Origin: Cyanobacteriota bacterium
GTDB lineage: Bacteria > Cyanobacteriota > Vampirovibrionia > LMEP-6097
Length of the DNA: 35,499 bases
Direction: 5' to 3'
NCBI GenBank assembly: GCA_041170505.1
Contig: JBEAYS010000141.1
Span: 1 to 35,499 of the forward strand
Within the stretch, counting starts at the first letter, position 1, and each line of letters opens with the position of its first letter. Made by a program: the position numbers and the translations under genes. The notes under the pieces are model-generated. The model was not told the DNA's origin. It did no database searches and saw only the letters and a program-made list of their open reading frames with translations. This document shows, piece after piece, positions 9,049 through 18,900 of the stretch.

Positions 9049-9779
9049 ACCAAAATTTCCATAGGTCCGGCAACACTGCCTTCCCTAAACTGCTTAGCAA
9101 AAGGATTGGAATTGCTTTCGTCAAAAAGTTCTTTAGGAGTGCCGTTCCACACGATCTTACCATTGAAGAGCATCGCTACTTGAGTAGCCGTGCGCTTAAT
9201 AGTGCTTGCCTGGTGGGTTACAACGATACTTGTAGCAGAAGTTTCTTTTTGAAGTTTGACAATTAGATCTTCAATAATGGTACTAGCAACAGGATCTAGT
9301 CCAGCAGTGGGCTCATCGTAAAAAATTATTTCAGGGTCATTTATAACAGCGCGCGCGAAGCTTACTCTTTTTTTCATTCCACCAGATAGTTCACTGGGAT
9401 ATAGATTCTCAACACCTTGCAAGCCAACTAGCTGAAGCTTTTTGATAGCGAGATCTTTTAGATATTCATCGCTGGGAATAGTTTTTATATTTTCGCCGAC
9501 AACCAGAGGGAAAATTACATTATCAGTAACATTCATCGAATCAAAAAGTGCAGAATATTGAAAAGCCATTCCAATTTTATTGCTGTACATTTTAATTTGG
9601 CCCGAATCGGCTGGAGTGAGACCAGCAAGGATTTTTAGTAGAGTGCTTTTGCCAGACCCAGAAAAACCTATAAGAGCCAGAATAGACCCCTTGGGAACAT
9701 CAATATTTATGTCATTTAAAACCAAATTATCACCGTAAGATTTGTAAAGGTTTCTAATTTCTATCATTGATTCGGTCAT
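9045..9779 (-). CDS. mlaF: MlaF/Mkl/TGD3-family ABC ATPase (lipid transport)
   Basis: GFSGSGKS, FQYSALFDSM, PSELSGGMKKRVSFARA, YDEPTAGLDPVAS, QFREGSVAGP. Confidence 0.85.
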   Translation of the reverse strand: MTESMIEIRNLYKSYGDNLVLNDINIDVPKGSILALIGFSGSGKSTLLKILAGLTPADSGQIKMYSNKIGMAFQYSALFDSMNVTDNVIFPLVVGENIKTIPSDEYLKDLAIKKLQLVGLQGVENLYPSELSGGMKKRVSFARAVINDPEIIFYDEPTAGLDPVASTIIEDLIVKLQKETSATSIVVTHQASTIKRTATQVAMLFNGKIVWNGTPKELFDESNSNPFAKQFREGSVAGPMEILV

Positions 9780-9799
9780 AATAAAGTAATATATATACG
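9780..9799. promoter_or_regulatory. 20-bp divergent intergenic region with overlapping -10-like hexamers (bidirectional leaderless promoter candidate)
   Basis: TAATAT (9787-9792) lies 7 nt before GTG 9800 on +. TATATT lies 8 nt before ATG 9779 on -. Confidence 0.5.
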
Positions 9800-11560
9800 G
9801 TGGTTAATAGAAGTAATATACTATATTATTTTACTATCATTTTGATGGGCATACTTGCATTGAGATTATTTCAATTGCAAATAGTTGAACATCAAAAATA
9901 TAAGGTGCTCGCCAAAAACAACACCACAAGAACTGCTATAACCAGAGCGCCAAGAGGAATTATTTATGACAGGCATGGAAATATCCTGGCTACTAGTAAG
10001 CAATCTTTAAGTGTGATTGTTTATCCAGCCGCCCTGACTAAGCAAAAAGACAAAGAAAGTGTGGCACGTTTGCTCTGCACTTATGTAAACATGTCTTATG
10101 AAGATCTTTATAAGATTTTTGATGAAATGGAACCTACGACTCCTCTTCCACTTACTTTGGAAAATGATGTGGGAATTGAAACAGCGATTAGAATTTTTGA
10201 AAATCAAAAACAACTTCCTGGTATCGCTGTTGAGAACCAGGCTATAAGGTACTATCCCTATCAGGAAATTACTGGACATCTTCTTGGCTATGTGGGTCAA
10301 ATAAACAGCAATGAGCTAGAAGCCGCTCGCCTGCGAGGTTTGGGATTAGGGGATATTGTCGGTAAAGAAGCTTTGGAAAAAGTTTTTGATGAATCACTTC
10401 AAGGCGTAAAAGGTGAAGCACGTGTTTCAGTAGATCGCTATGGTAGAAGTTTAAAAGAGGGTGAAGGACAGAAAAAAATAATCAAAAACCCGATCAAAGG
10501 CGAAGATCTGCATTTGAGTATCGATATTAAGCTTCAGCAAGTGGCTTATGAGGCTCTTGAAAATAAACAAGGTGCGGTAGTTGCGATGAATCCTAAGACT
10601 GGTGAGGTTTTAGTTTTAGTGAGTTCTCCATCTTATGACCCTAATATCTTTACAAAACCTGTTCCTACAGCAGTCTTTAATGATTTGATGAATAGAAAAG
10701 CTTTTGTTAATAGAGCCATATCGTCTTTTACTCCCGGTAGTGTTTGGAAGCCTTTTACTTCATTAGTGGCTCTACAAAAAGGAGTGCTTAATCCGGCTGA
10801 GAAGCTTAGAGTGAGCGGGTCTTATAATTATGGTGGTTTTAATTTTGGGGATTGGACCGGTAAGGTAGATATTGTCGATTTAAGACAAGCATTAGCTTGG
10901 TCTCGAAACACATACTTCTATCAAATTGCTGATCGTATGAAACCTGAATGGATAGCGGAAGTCGGAAGAAATTTTGGTGTGGGTACAAAAACTAATATTG
11001 AGCTTTTGGGTGAATCCAATGGCGTCCTGCCAAGTCCCGAGTGGAAAAAGAAAAACATGAAGGAATCTTGGTATCCAGGAAACACGCTCCACTACTCAAT
11101 TGGACAGAGTTATTTACTAATAAGTCCTTTGCAATTAGCTCGTATGTATGCTGGCTTAGCTACTAAAGGTTTAGTTCCAAGCCCGCATCTAGTAAAAGAT
11201 CCTAATAAAGTAGTAATCAAACAAATTAATAGTTACGCCACCAAAAATTATGATATCGTCGAATCGGGTTTAAAAGAATGTATAGAAACTGGTACAGGAC
11301 AGGCTTCTAAGCTAGTAGGTATTAAGCTTGCTGGTAAGACTGGTTCTGCTGAAGTTAAGGGCTATGCTCATACCACGCATGGTTGGTTTGCCGCTTACGG
11401 CCCGGTTGAAAATCCTGAGATAGTCGTGGTTGTGTTTATGGAAGGAGCTGGTCATGGTGGTACAGTTGCTGCTCCTGTCGCCAAAAAAGTTTTTGATGAA
11501 TATTTTAAAGATAAAATTGACCTCTTTAGAAACCAAAGGTTTCGTAAAAAGAGGTCATAA
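9800..11560 (+). CDS. mrdA: Penicillin-binding protein 2 (class B transpeptidase)
   Basis: N-terminal TM followed by RLFQLQI, APRGIIYDRHG, PGSVWK (SxxK), SRN (SxN) and KTG motifs. Confidence 0.92.
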   Translation: MVNRSNILYYFTIILMGILALRLFQLQIVEHQKYKVLAKNNTTRTAITRAPRGIIYDRHGNILATSKQSLSVIVYPAALTKQKDKESVARLLCTYVNMSYEDLYKIFDEMEPTTPLPLTLENDVGIETAIRIFENQKQLPGIAVENQAIRYYPYQEITGHLLGYVGQINSNELEAARLRGLGLGDIVGKEALEKVFDESLQGVKGEARVSVDRYGRSLKEGEGQKKIIKNPIKGEDLHLSIDIKLQQVAYEALENKQGAVVAMNPKTGEVLVLVSSPSYDPNIFTKPVPTAVFNDLMNRKAFVNRAISSFTPGSVWKPFTSLVALQKGVLNPAEKLRVSGSYNYGGFNFGDWTGKVDIVDLRQALAWSRNTYFYQIADRMKPEWIAEVGRNFGVGTKTNIELLGESNGVLPSPEWKKKNMKESWYPGNTLHYSIGQSYLLISPLQLARMYAGLATKGLVPSPHLVKDPNKVVIKQINSYATKNYDIVESGLKECIETGTGQASKLVGIKLAGKTGSAEVKGYAHTTHGWFAAYGPVENPEIVVVVFMEGAGHGGTVAAPVAKKVFDEYFKDKIDLFRNQRFRKKRS

Positions 11561-11617
11561 TAAAAAAGCCAGCCAAGCCCAAAACTCGCACGGTGAGAAG
11601 AACTCGCGCTTAGCTCT

Positions 11618-11661
11618 TTAAGGATTCCGCCTCAAAACTTCGTTTTTCAGCGAATCCTTAA
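11618..11661 (+). repeat. 44-bp TTAA-bounded palindromic repeat, copy 2
   Basis: ttaaggattccgcctcaaaacttcgtttttcagcgaatccttaa. Confidence 0.92.
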
Positions 11662-11703
11662 TCGCCTTAAAATAATTACTCAAAAAAGCTATAATAATTT
11701 TTG

Positions 11704-13251
11704 ATGCAAAAAGTTTTACTGCTAATTCTTGATGGTTGGGGATATAATCCGGGTTCTAAGGCTAACGCTATCGAAGCGGCTCGCACTCCTTTTTATGATA
11801 ATTTGATAAAAACCTGCCCGCATACTTTTTTAAATGCTAGTGGGGTTTATGTCGGTTTACCCTCAGGCATCATGGGCAATTCCGAGGTTGGTCATGAAAA
11901 TATTGGTGCTGGCAGAATTAACAAACAAAAGCTAACCATGATTTCTGACATGGTTAAAACAGGAGAGTTTTTTAAAAATCAAATTTTAATAGATGCTTTT
12001 GATCATGCCATCAAGCACAATTCTAGAGTGCATTTCATGGGATTAATTTCGGAAGGTGATGTGCACGCGCATTTGGGTCACTTAGATGGCTTGATTGAAT
12101 TTGCTAAACAAAAAAATCTTCCAGCTCAAAAAGTTTATTTGCACGCCATTAGTGATGGACGTGACGATCCACCCTATGTTGCTGAGCATTTAATGAAGCG
12201 CTACGAAACCCGTATCCAGATTGCAACTGTAAGTGGTAGGTACTGGGCAATGGATAGAGACAATAATTGGGATAGAGTACAAAAATATCTAGATTGTGTT
12301 TTATTGGGCAAGGGCTTAAGCTCAAGCTCGGCTAGCACAGCTATTACTGAGGGTTATAAGCTCGCTAAAGAAGGTAAAAACCCAGCAGGGGATTCCGATG
12401 AGTTTATTTTACCGACAATTATTAATCCAGAAGGTTTGATTAGATCTAACGATGCTGTAATATTTTTTAATTTTAGACCTGATAGAGCTAAGCAAATTTC
12501 TCAAAAAATAGGTTTTGAGAGCGGGCTTGAGAATCTGCATTACACTTGTTTTACTAAGTATGGTCTTGAAAAGCCTTTGCCAATTGCTTTTGAAGAGTCT
12601 AGTTTACCTAAGCAAGAATTTAAAAATTGCCTTGGTGAGTATCTAGCTAGTAAAAATCTAACGCAATTTAGAATTGCTGAAACAGAAAAATTCAATCATG
12701 TAACAAGTTTTTTTAATGCCACTCGAAAAGATCCCTTCCCTGGTGAAGATAGGCTACTTGTCCCAAGTCCTAAGGTCGCTACTTATGATCTTCAGCCTGA
12801 AATGAGCTTGCCTGAAGTTAGGACTAAATTATTAGAAGCTCTGCAAAAAGATTATCCGCTAATAGTATGTAATTTTGCTAACCCTGATATGGTGGGGCAT
12901 ACAGGGGTTTGGTCTGCTGTTATAAAAGCCATTGAAGCTATTGATTACTCGCTTGAACAAGTCTGCTCGAGAGCTCTAGAGACTGGTCATGTGGTAATGA
13001 TTACTGCTGATCATGGGAATGCTGATCAAATGTATGATTCTAGCGGTGAGGTAAGAACCGCTCACAGCACTAACTTGGTGCCTTTTGTGGTTTTTAATTC
13101 CCAAAAAACCATTCAGCTAAAACCTATGCTTTCTAATCCTGATGATATTTATGCCAGTACTACTCTTGCTAATATCGCACCTACAATCTTGGAGTACTTA
13201 GATTTACCTAAGCCTGTAGAGATGTTGGCTGATAGCTTGATTAAAAAATAA
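11704..13251 (+). CDS. gpmI: 2,3-bisphosphoglycerate-independent phosphoglycerate mutase
   Basis: LLILDGWG, MGNSEVGH, GRYWAMDRD, FNFRPDR, ANPDMVGHTG, TADHGNA. Confidence 0.97.
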   Translation: MQKVLLLILDGWGYNPGSKANAIEAARTPFYDNLIKTCPHTFLNASGVYVGLPSGIMGNSEVGHENIGAGRINKQKLTMISDMVKTGEFFKNQILIDAFDHAIKHNSRVHFMGLISEGDVHAHLGHLDGLIEFAKQKNLPAQKVYLHAISDGRDDPPYVAEHLMKRYETRIQIATVSGRYWAMDRDNNWDRVQKYLDCVLLGKGLSSSSASTAITEGYKLAKEGKNPAGDSDEFILPTIINPEGLIRSNDAVIFFNFRPDRAKQISQKIGFESGLENLHYTCFTKYGLEKPLPIAFEESSLPKQEFKNCLGEYLASKNLTQFRIAETEKFNHVTSFFNATRKDPFPGEDRLLVPSPKVATYDLQPEMSLPEVRTKLLEALQKDYPLIVCNFANPDMVGHTGVWSAVIKAIEAIDYSLEQVCSRALETGHVVMITADHGNADQMYDSSGEVRTAHSTNLVPFVVFNSQKTIQLKPMLSNPDDIYASTTLANIAPTILEYLDLPKPVEMLADSLIKK

Positions 13252-13306
13252 TATTTTCTTGAAATTTATTATTCTTGTTTCGTTGGACGCGTATAATATC
13301 TTGATA

Positions 13307-13843
13307 ATGACTGCCATTCTTAATTTTACTGCCCTTGAATTCCTGAACATTATAAAACCGTTTGTTATAGATCAGGCTAAAAAGCCCTTAGCTGAGAATG
13401 TTGATCCAAAACAAGTCTGTAAAAAGCTTTTGCATCATCCATTTGGCGCGCAATCTGCAGGTATTAACAGAAATGATATTCAAGTGAAACCAGGATCAAT
13501 AGAATTTAAAGTAATCCCAAAACAAGGTCACACCAATGGATACGGTACTTGCCATGCTGGATATCTTTCTACGCTTCTAGACGAAGGTTCTGTTCATGCC
13601 GCTCAAACAATTGCACCTGAAGGAACAATTCCTGTTACATCTAGCCTATCTGCAAGTTTTATAAAACCGGTAAATCCCGATCAACCAATTGAAGTTGAAA
13701 ATAAAATTATTGCCCTAGATGGAGAGAAGTCTGCAGTAGTAGCTTCTACTATAAAACAAGGTGAAGGAGAACCTCGTGTAAGCTCATTAGCTAAAATAAC
13801 TTTTTATCGTCCAGAAAATTCAGCTCCGGTATTAGCTGCTTAA
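13307..13843 (+). CDS. PaaI-family hotdog-fold thioesterase
   Basis: HTNGYGTCHAGYLSTLLDE resembles N..G..HGG....L.D; TSSLSASFIKPV. ATG 13307 is preferred over TTG 13259 because TATAAT lies at 13292-13297. Confidence 0.8.
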   Translation: MTAILNFTALEFLNIIKPFVIDQAKKPLAENVDPKQVCKKLLHHPFGAQSAGINRNDIQVKPGSIEFKVIPKQGHTNGYGTCHAGYLSTLLDEGSVHAAQTIAPEGTIPVTSSLSASFIKPVNPDQPIEVENKIIALDGEKSAVVASTIKQGEGEPRVSSLAKITFYRPENSAPVLAA

Positions 13844-13851
13844 TGTTTTTG

Positions 13852-13896
13852 TTAAGCGGATTTGCCTCAAAACTTCGTTTTTCAGCAAATCCTTAA
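13852..13896 (+). repeat. TTAA-bounded palindromic repeat, copy 3 (variant, 45 bp)
   Basis: ttaagcggatttgcctcaaaacttcgtttttcagcaaatccttaa; the core is identical to copy 2 and the stem carries a compensatory change. Confidence 0.9.
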
Positions 13897-14897
13897 AAAA
13901 TCCCCTTCTCTGTAAAAATAGCTTCGATAAGCTCTCTAGGAGTCACATCAAAACCCGGATTGAAAAATTCGACTCCTGAGCTTGCGGTTACTAGCTGATT
14001 ATTTATGGTGTGCAATTCAGCTGGGTCTCTTTGCTCGATAGGGATCAAATCACCGTTTGCAAGTTTTTGGTCGACAGTACTGAGCGGAGCTATTACAAAA
14101 AACGGCACTTGATGAAACTTAGCTACAATCGCTACTTGGTAAGTACCGATTTTATTAGCGGCATCACCATTAGCTGTAATTCGGTCTGCTCCCACAATCA
14201 CAAAATCAATCATTCCTTGTTTCATACAATGAGCCGCCATATTATCACTGAGCATAGTGACAGGAATGCCCTCGTAAGCAAGCTCCCAGGCTGTTAGGCG
14301 GGAGCCTTGTTGGCGGGGGCGAGTTTCATTAGAGTAAACCATTTCTACTAGGTTTTCTTGCGCCAGCTCACGAATCAATCCCAGAGCGGTTCCGTAGCCA
14401 CCAGTAGCAAGAGCTCCAGCATTACAGTGAGTCATGATCCTGAATTTTTTTTTGCCAAATTTGTTTTTGATATATTCAGCTGCGATTTCAGACATTTTTT
14501 TACAAGACTCGAAATCTTCTCTATGAATGGTTTTGGCTCGCTCTAAAACGGCATTGAATAAATTTTCTGGCAGGGCGGTACTAATTACAGACTGGATTTC
14601 ATCAAGAGCCCACATTAGGTTTACAGCTGTGGGTCTAGTTGATCGAAGAATTTGATCTGCTTGAGTAAGGTTCATACCCTCTTTTACAGCAAGCGCCATA
14701 CCGTAAGCTGAAGAAATGCCTATTAAGGGTGCGCCCCGAAGAGCCATGTCAGTAATGGCTTGTGCCATCTCTTTTACAGATTTTATTTCAAGCCATTCAA
14801 GCTTGTAAGGAAGTAGTCTTTGGTCGATTATTTCTACAATGTTGCGCTCGTTATTCCATTGAATCGGGCTTAGGGACTTGATTTTGGTGTTTTGCAT
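13893..14897 (-). CDS. mtnA: S-methyl-5-thioribose-1-phosphate isomerase
   Basis: DQRLLP, LRGAPLIG, TRPTAVNL, THCNAGALAT.GYGTALG, ETRPRQQGSRLTAWEL, GDAANKIGTY. Confidence 0.96.
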   Translation of the reverse strand: MQNTKIKSLSPIQWNNERNIVEIIDQRLLPYKLEWLEIKSVKEMAQAITDMALRGAPLIGISSAYGMALAVKEGMNLTQADQILRSTRPTAVNLMWALDEIQSVISTALPENLFNAVLERAKTIHREDFESCKKMSEIAAEYIKNKFGKKKFRIMTHCNAGALATGGYGTALGLIRELAQENLVEMVYSNETRPRQQGSRLTAWELAYEGIPVTMLSDNMAAHCMKQGMIDFVIVGADRITANGDAANKIGTYQVAIVAKFHQVPFFVIAPLSTVDQKLANGDLIPIEQRDPAELHTINNQLVTASSGVEFFNPGFDVTPRELIEAIFTEKGIF

Positions 14898-14941
14898 TAA
14901 TTCAATATTTTAGCAAATTATCCTATGATACAATTTTATTT

Positions 14942-15421
14942 ATGACTACTCAAAAAACATTTTTAGCCGTTAAACCAGAAGCTTTTGCAAGAAAAGATGG
15001 CGCTGGCATTATTCAAATGCTCACAGAACTCCTTCCTGATGCTAAATGCGTAGCGATGAAAATTTATCAGCCCAGCGACGAATTGGCTCGTAATCATTAT
15101 TCAGCTTTAAGCGACAAACCGTTTTTCCCTGATTTAATTAAGAGTTTTACAGCTGGCCCTATAATTGGTATGGTTTGGGAAGCTGATAATATCGTTGCTC
15201 GTGCTAGAGATGCTATGGGAGCTACTAATCCTGAAGCGGCGGCCGAAGGCACAATTCGTAAAAAATATGGTAAGCACATAGGTGATAATGCTATTCATGG
15301 AAGTGACACAGAGCCAGGTTCTGCTGAAAGAGAGATCAAAATTCACTTCCCAGATGCTAATTTTGCGCCTATTACTAATCCAGTCGCTAAAATTAACGAA
15401 CTTTTACTTGCCGCAAACTAG
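14942..15421 (+). CDS. ndk: Nucleoside diphosphate kinase
   Basis: TFLAVKP, HY....DKPFF, GATNP..A..GTIR, NAIHGSD. Confidence 0.96.
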   Translation: MTTQKTFLAVKPEAFARKDGAGIIQMLTELLPDAKCVAMKIYQPSDELARNHYSALSDKPFFPDLIKSFTAGPIIGMVWEADNIVARARDAMGATNPEAAAEGTIRKKYGKHIGDNAIHGSDTEPGSAEREIKIHFPDANFAPITNPVAKINELLLAAN

Positions 15422-15499
15422 TAATACTTATTAATTTCTAAAGAAATAATATTAAGCTTGTATTACTTAGGCTTTTCAAGCTAAAATCAATGCTTATCT

Positions 15500-15895
15500 A
15501 TGTTAAAAATCAGACTTCAGAGATTCGGAAAAAACAAACAACCACTTTACAGAATAGTTGTTATTGAACATTCACGCCAAAGACAAGGTAAACCTACAGA
15601 AGTTTTGGGATTCTATAATCCAAGAACTAAAGAGCTTGTTTATAACGTACAAAGAGCTGAATACTGGAAAGGCGTGGGCGCGCAGGCTTCTGAGACTGTA
15701 TCTTTTGTTCTTAGCAAACAGCCTATTCATGATTTAGCAAATGGCCCATATCAATTCAAATCAAAAACAAGAGCTGATAAATCAAAAGCTAAAGAAGAAA
15801 TTTTAAAAACAAGCACAAAAAATACAAAAGCTAAAAAGAAACGTGCTGAAGCAGAAGCGGAAGCTAAAAAAGCTCAAGAAGAAGCATCAGCTTAA
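15500..15895 (+). CDS. rpsP: 30S ribosomal protein S16 with a charged C-terminal extension
   Basis: MLKIRLQRFGK..QPLYRIVV, EVLGFYNP, W..VGAQASETV. Confidence 0.95.
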   Translation: MLKIRLQRFGKNKQPLYRIVVIEHSRQRQGKPTEVLGFYNPRTKELVYNVQRAEYWKGVGAQASETVSFVLSKQPIHDLANGPYQFKSKTRADKSKAKEEILKTSTKNTKAKKKRAEAEAEAKKAQEEASA

Positions 15896-15990
15896 TAGCA
15901 TATTGTTTTTTAATTCTAGGAACAAAAACTTTTTTAAAGCGACTATATAACTAGACTTATTGTCTTTTTAGGACTTTAAGATAATTTTGC

Positions 15991-18900
15991 ATGACTAGTC
16001 CAGTTTTAAAACCTGAATCCCCTGTAAAAGTCCAGTTAGAAAAATGGAAAAAACATTTAATAGATTTCAGCAGAAGAAATCAACTTTTATTTTTTAAGGC
16101 AAGGTCATCAACGACAATTTTCCTAAAAGAAAAACCTCAGGAAATTTTTCAAAAACTGGTAATTGATTCTCGCTCACTTGGTTTCCAGGCGCAGATAAGT
16201 ACTTTTAATACTAGTGATTTTGGCGAAGAGCTTCCACCAGGTATGGATGAGCTAGGCATGGATATGGCTGATTTTGGTGATTTTTCTGATACTGCGCCTT
16301 TGCCGGTTTTAGCTGAGAACATGGATTTGACTAATAATTTACTTACAGATAAAGATAGCCGTGATCTTGAGCAAAGTCTTAGTAAGCTAAAAACCCGTTC
16401 TCAAGCAAGTTTGCAAGAACAAGGCGTGAATATTTTGTATTTGGCTTTGTTTTTTTTAGAATGGTTTCCTGATGAAGAGATTGCAAAATCTCCTTTGTTA
16501 TTGATTCCAGTTAGCCTTGAAAGAAAGGGTTTAAGCGGTTCTTTTAAATTAAGTTTGATTGATGATGAGATTAGAATTAATCCGACATTGATTTATAAAC
16601 TAGAAAGAGATTTTGGGATAAGCTCGCAATCAATTAATGAAATCGAAGAAAAGCTCTCCAATATTGAAACTCAGGATGATTTGACTGCTTTGATTGAAGA
16701 GTTTTCTAGCTTGCTAAAAAAAGATCACCCTAATTGGGATATTATCGAGTCTGCGTCCTTGAGTTTATTTTCTTTTGCTAAGCTGTCTTTGTACCGCGAT
16801 ATCGAGGAAAACGAAGAATTAATCGTTAAGCACCCAGTAATCAAGCAGATTTCAGGGGAGATACTTGAAACAGCAGAGCTTAATCAAAATATTGATTTTA
16901 AATATCTGATTAAAGCTGATGAAATTGATATAAAAATCGATCCATCAGAAAGTATGCAGATTCTTAGTGCTGACAGTAGTCAGGAAGAAGCCATTTATTC
17001 AGCGCGTGCTGGAGCGAGCTTTGTGATTCAGGGCCCGCCAGGTACGGGTAAGTCTCAAACGATTTCTAATATCATTGCTGATGCTTTAGCTAACAATAAA
17101 AAGATTCTTTTTGTTAGTGAAAAAAAATCTGCTCTTGATGTGGTTGTTAATAGACTCAAAAAAAGTAAATTAGATAAGTTTTGCTTGGAGCTTCATAACT
17201 CTCAGCAAAAAAAATCAGATATAGTGGATAATCTCAGAACCACAATAGAAGATATAAAAAACATCGCTAGTCTCGCTCCCAGAGAGGATTATATCGAATC
17301 ACTAATAAAAGTAAAATCTCAAATCCAAAAAGCAATTGACGAGCTTCATAAACTAAGACGTCCAATAAACATGTCGCTTTATGAGATTTATGGCAAGCTG
17401 GCTTGCATCCAGTCCGAGCTAAAAGATCATCATCTGAATCTTGAGTTTACAATCCCTACTATCGAGGCTATTGATATAAAGCGCTTGTCAGAGATCGATT
17501 ATCTGTTTAAAAAAATTGCTGTTTTTTCATACATCATTAATAACTACGATAATTTCATTTGGAAAAATGCTAATATACAAAATTTAAGTTTTGATGTTGA
17601 GAATCAAATCAAATCTAATTTTATCGAGTTTAAAAATGTAATCTCTAAATTATCATCTTACGCAAATCCAATCTCAGAGCGGTTCTTTGATAAAAAGGTA
17701 ACTAATCTTAGTGAGTTTAAGTGGCTCGCTCAAGCTTCTGAATTGGCGATAAATTCTCCTTTTCCTAAAAAAGACTGGTTTAATAACCATAATTTACAGC
17801 AAGTACAAAATCTTACTGTTTCAGCTAAAATCGAGCACGAAGAATATCAATCTACTAAAAAACAAATCCTCACGCGCTACAGCGAAGGGTTTCTAGAGCT
17901 TAATCACGAAGAGCTTCTCAATAAATTCACCAAGAATTTTACAGGTGTTTTTAAGTTTCTTAATGTTGATTACTGGAGAACAGTAAATCAAATCAAAAAA
18001 ACAGCTCTTCTTAATGAATCTAGAAGCTTGCAAGTTATTATCAATGATCTTCAACAAGCTGTTCTGCTTGACAAGCAAGCTGATGAGCTTAATAAAGACG
18101 GAGCTGAACTGACTCTTGTCTTGGGAGACTTTTATAAAGAGCTAGATACTGATTGGAACGAAACGATAACAGCGATCAGATGGGTCCAAAAAGTAATGGC
18201 TAAGTTCAATACAGATGTGCTTCCTAATGCACTTGTCGACGTAATTTCAGAGGTTCGAGCTGGAGAAGAGTTTGAACAATTTAAGCTACAAACAAAAGAT
18301 TTATTAGGAGCTTATGAGTTAGTAAAATACCACTTGAATTTTTATTATTCAGTTTTTCCGCATCCTAATTTAGATATTGAAAATTTAGAATTTAGTGAAG
18401 TTATAAAACATTTAGAGGTTTTGGTTACTAATATTATTCAAATCGAGGATTGGATTGAGTTTCGAGCTGTGGAACGATCAGCTAGTGAGCTTGGCATGTC
18501 ACAAATGCTTCAAGCATTGATCAATTCACGAATTTCAGATTTAAATGAAGGTGTAATTAAAAATATTTTTTCGCGTAAATTGTATCAATTATGGATAGAT
18601 AAAATCGAGCTTGAAAATTTAGACATCCGCAAATTTAGTGGTAGTTCACAACAAATATTAATTGATAAGTTTAATGAATTAGATCAAAAAATAATTTCTA
18701 GAAATAACCAAGAAATAGCTCATAGATTGGCTTTGGGCTGGACTGAATATGCTACTAATCCCGATAATCGAATTGGCATGCAGTTTTTGAATCAAGAAAT
18801 TAATAAAAAGAAAAAGCATAAGCCTATTAGGGTAATGATTCAAGAGATACCAGAATTGCTTCAAACCCTTAAGCCATGCTGGATGATGAGCCCCTTGTCA

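Noticed and set aside
11430-11621. 63-aa ORF overlapping the end of PBP2
   Set aside because: Alternate-frame shadow; it ends at the repeat's TAA and has no start signals or recognisable family.
15720-15895. Lys/Glu/Ala-rich extension of S16
   Set aside because: C-terminal extensions of S16 are common in many phyla; not novel.
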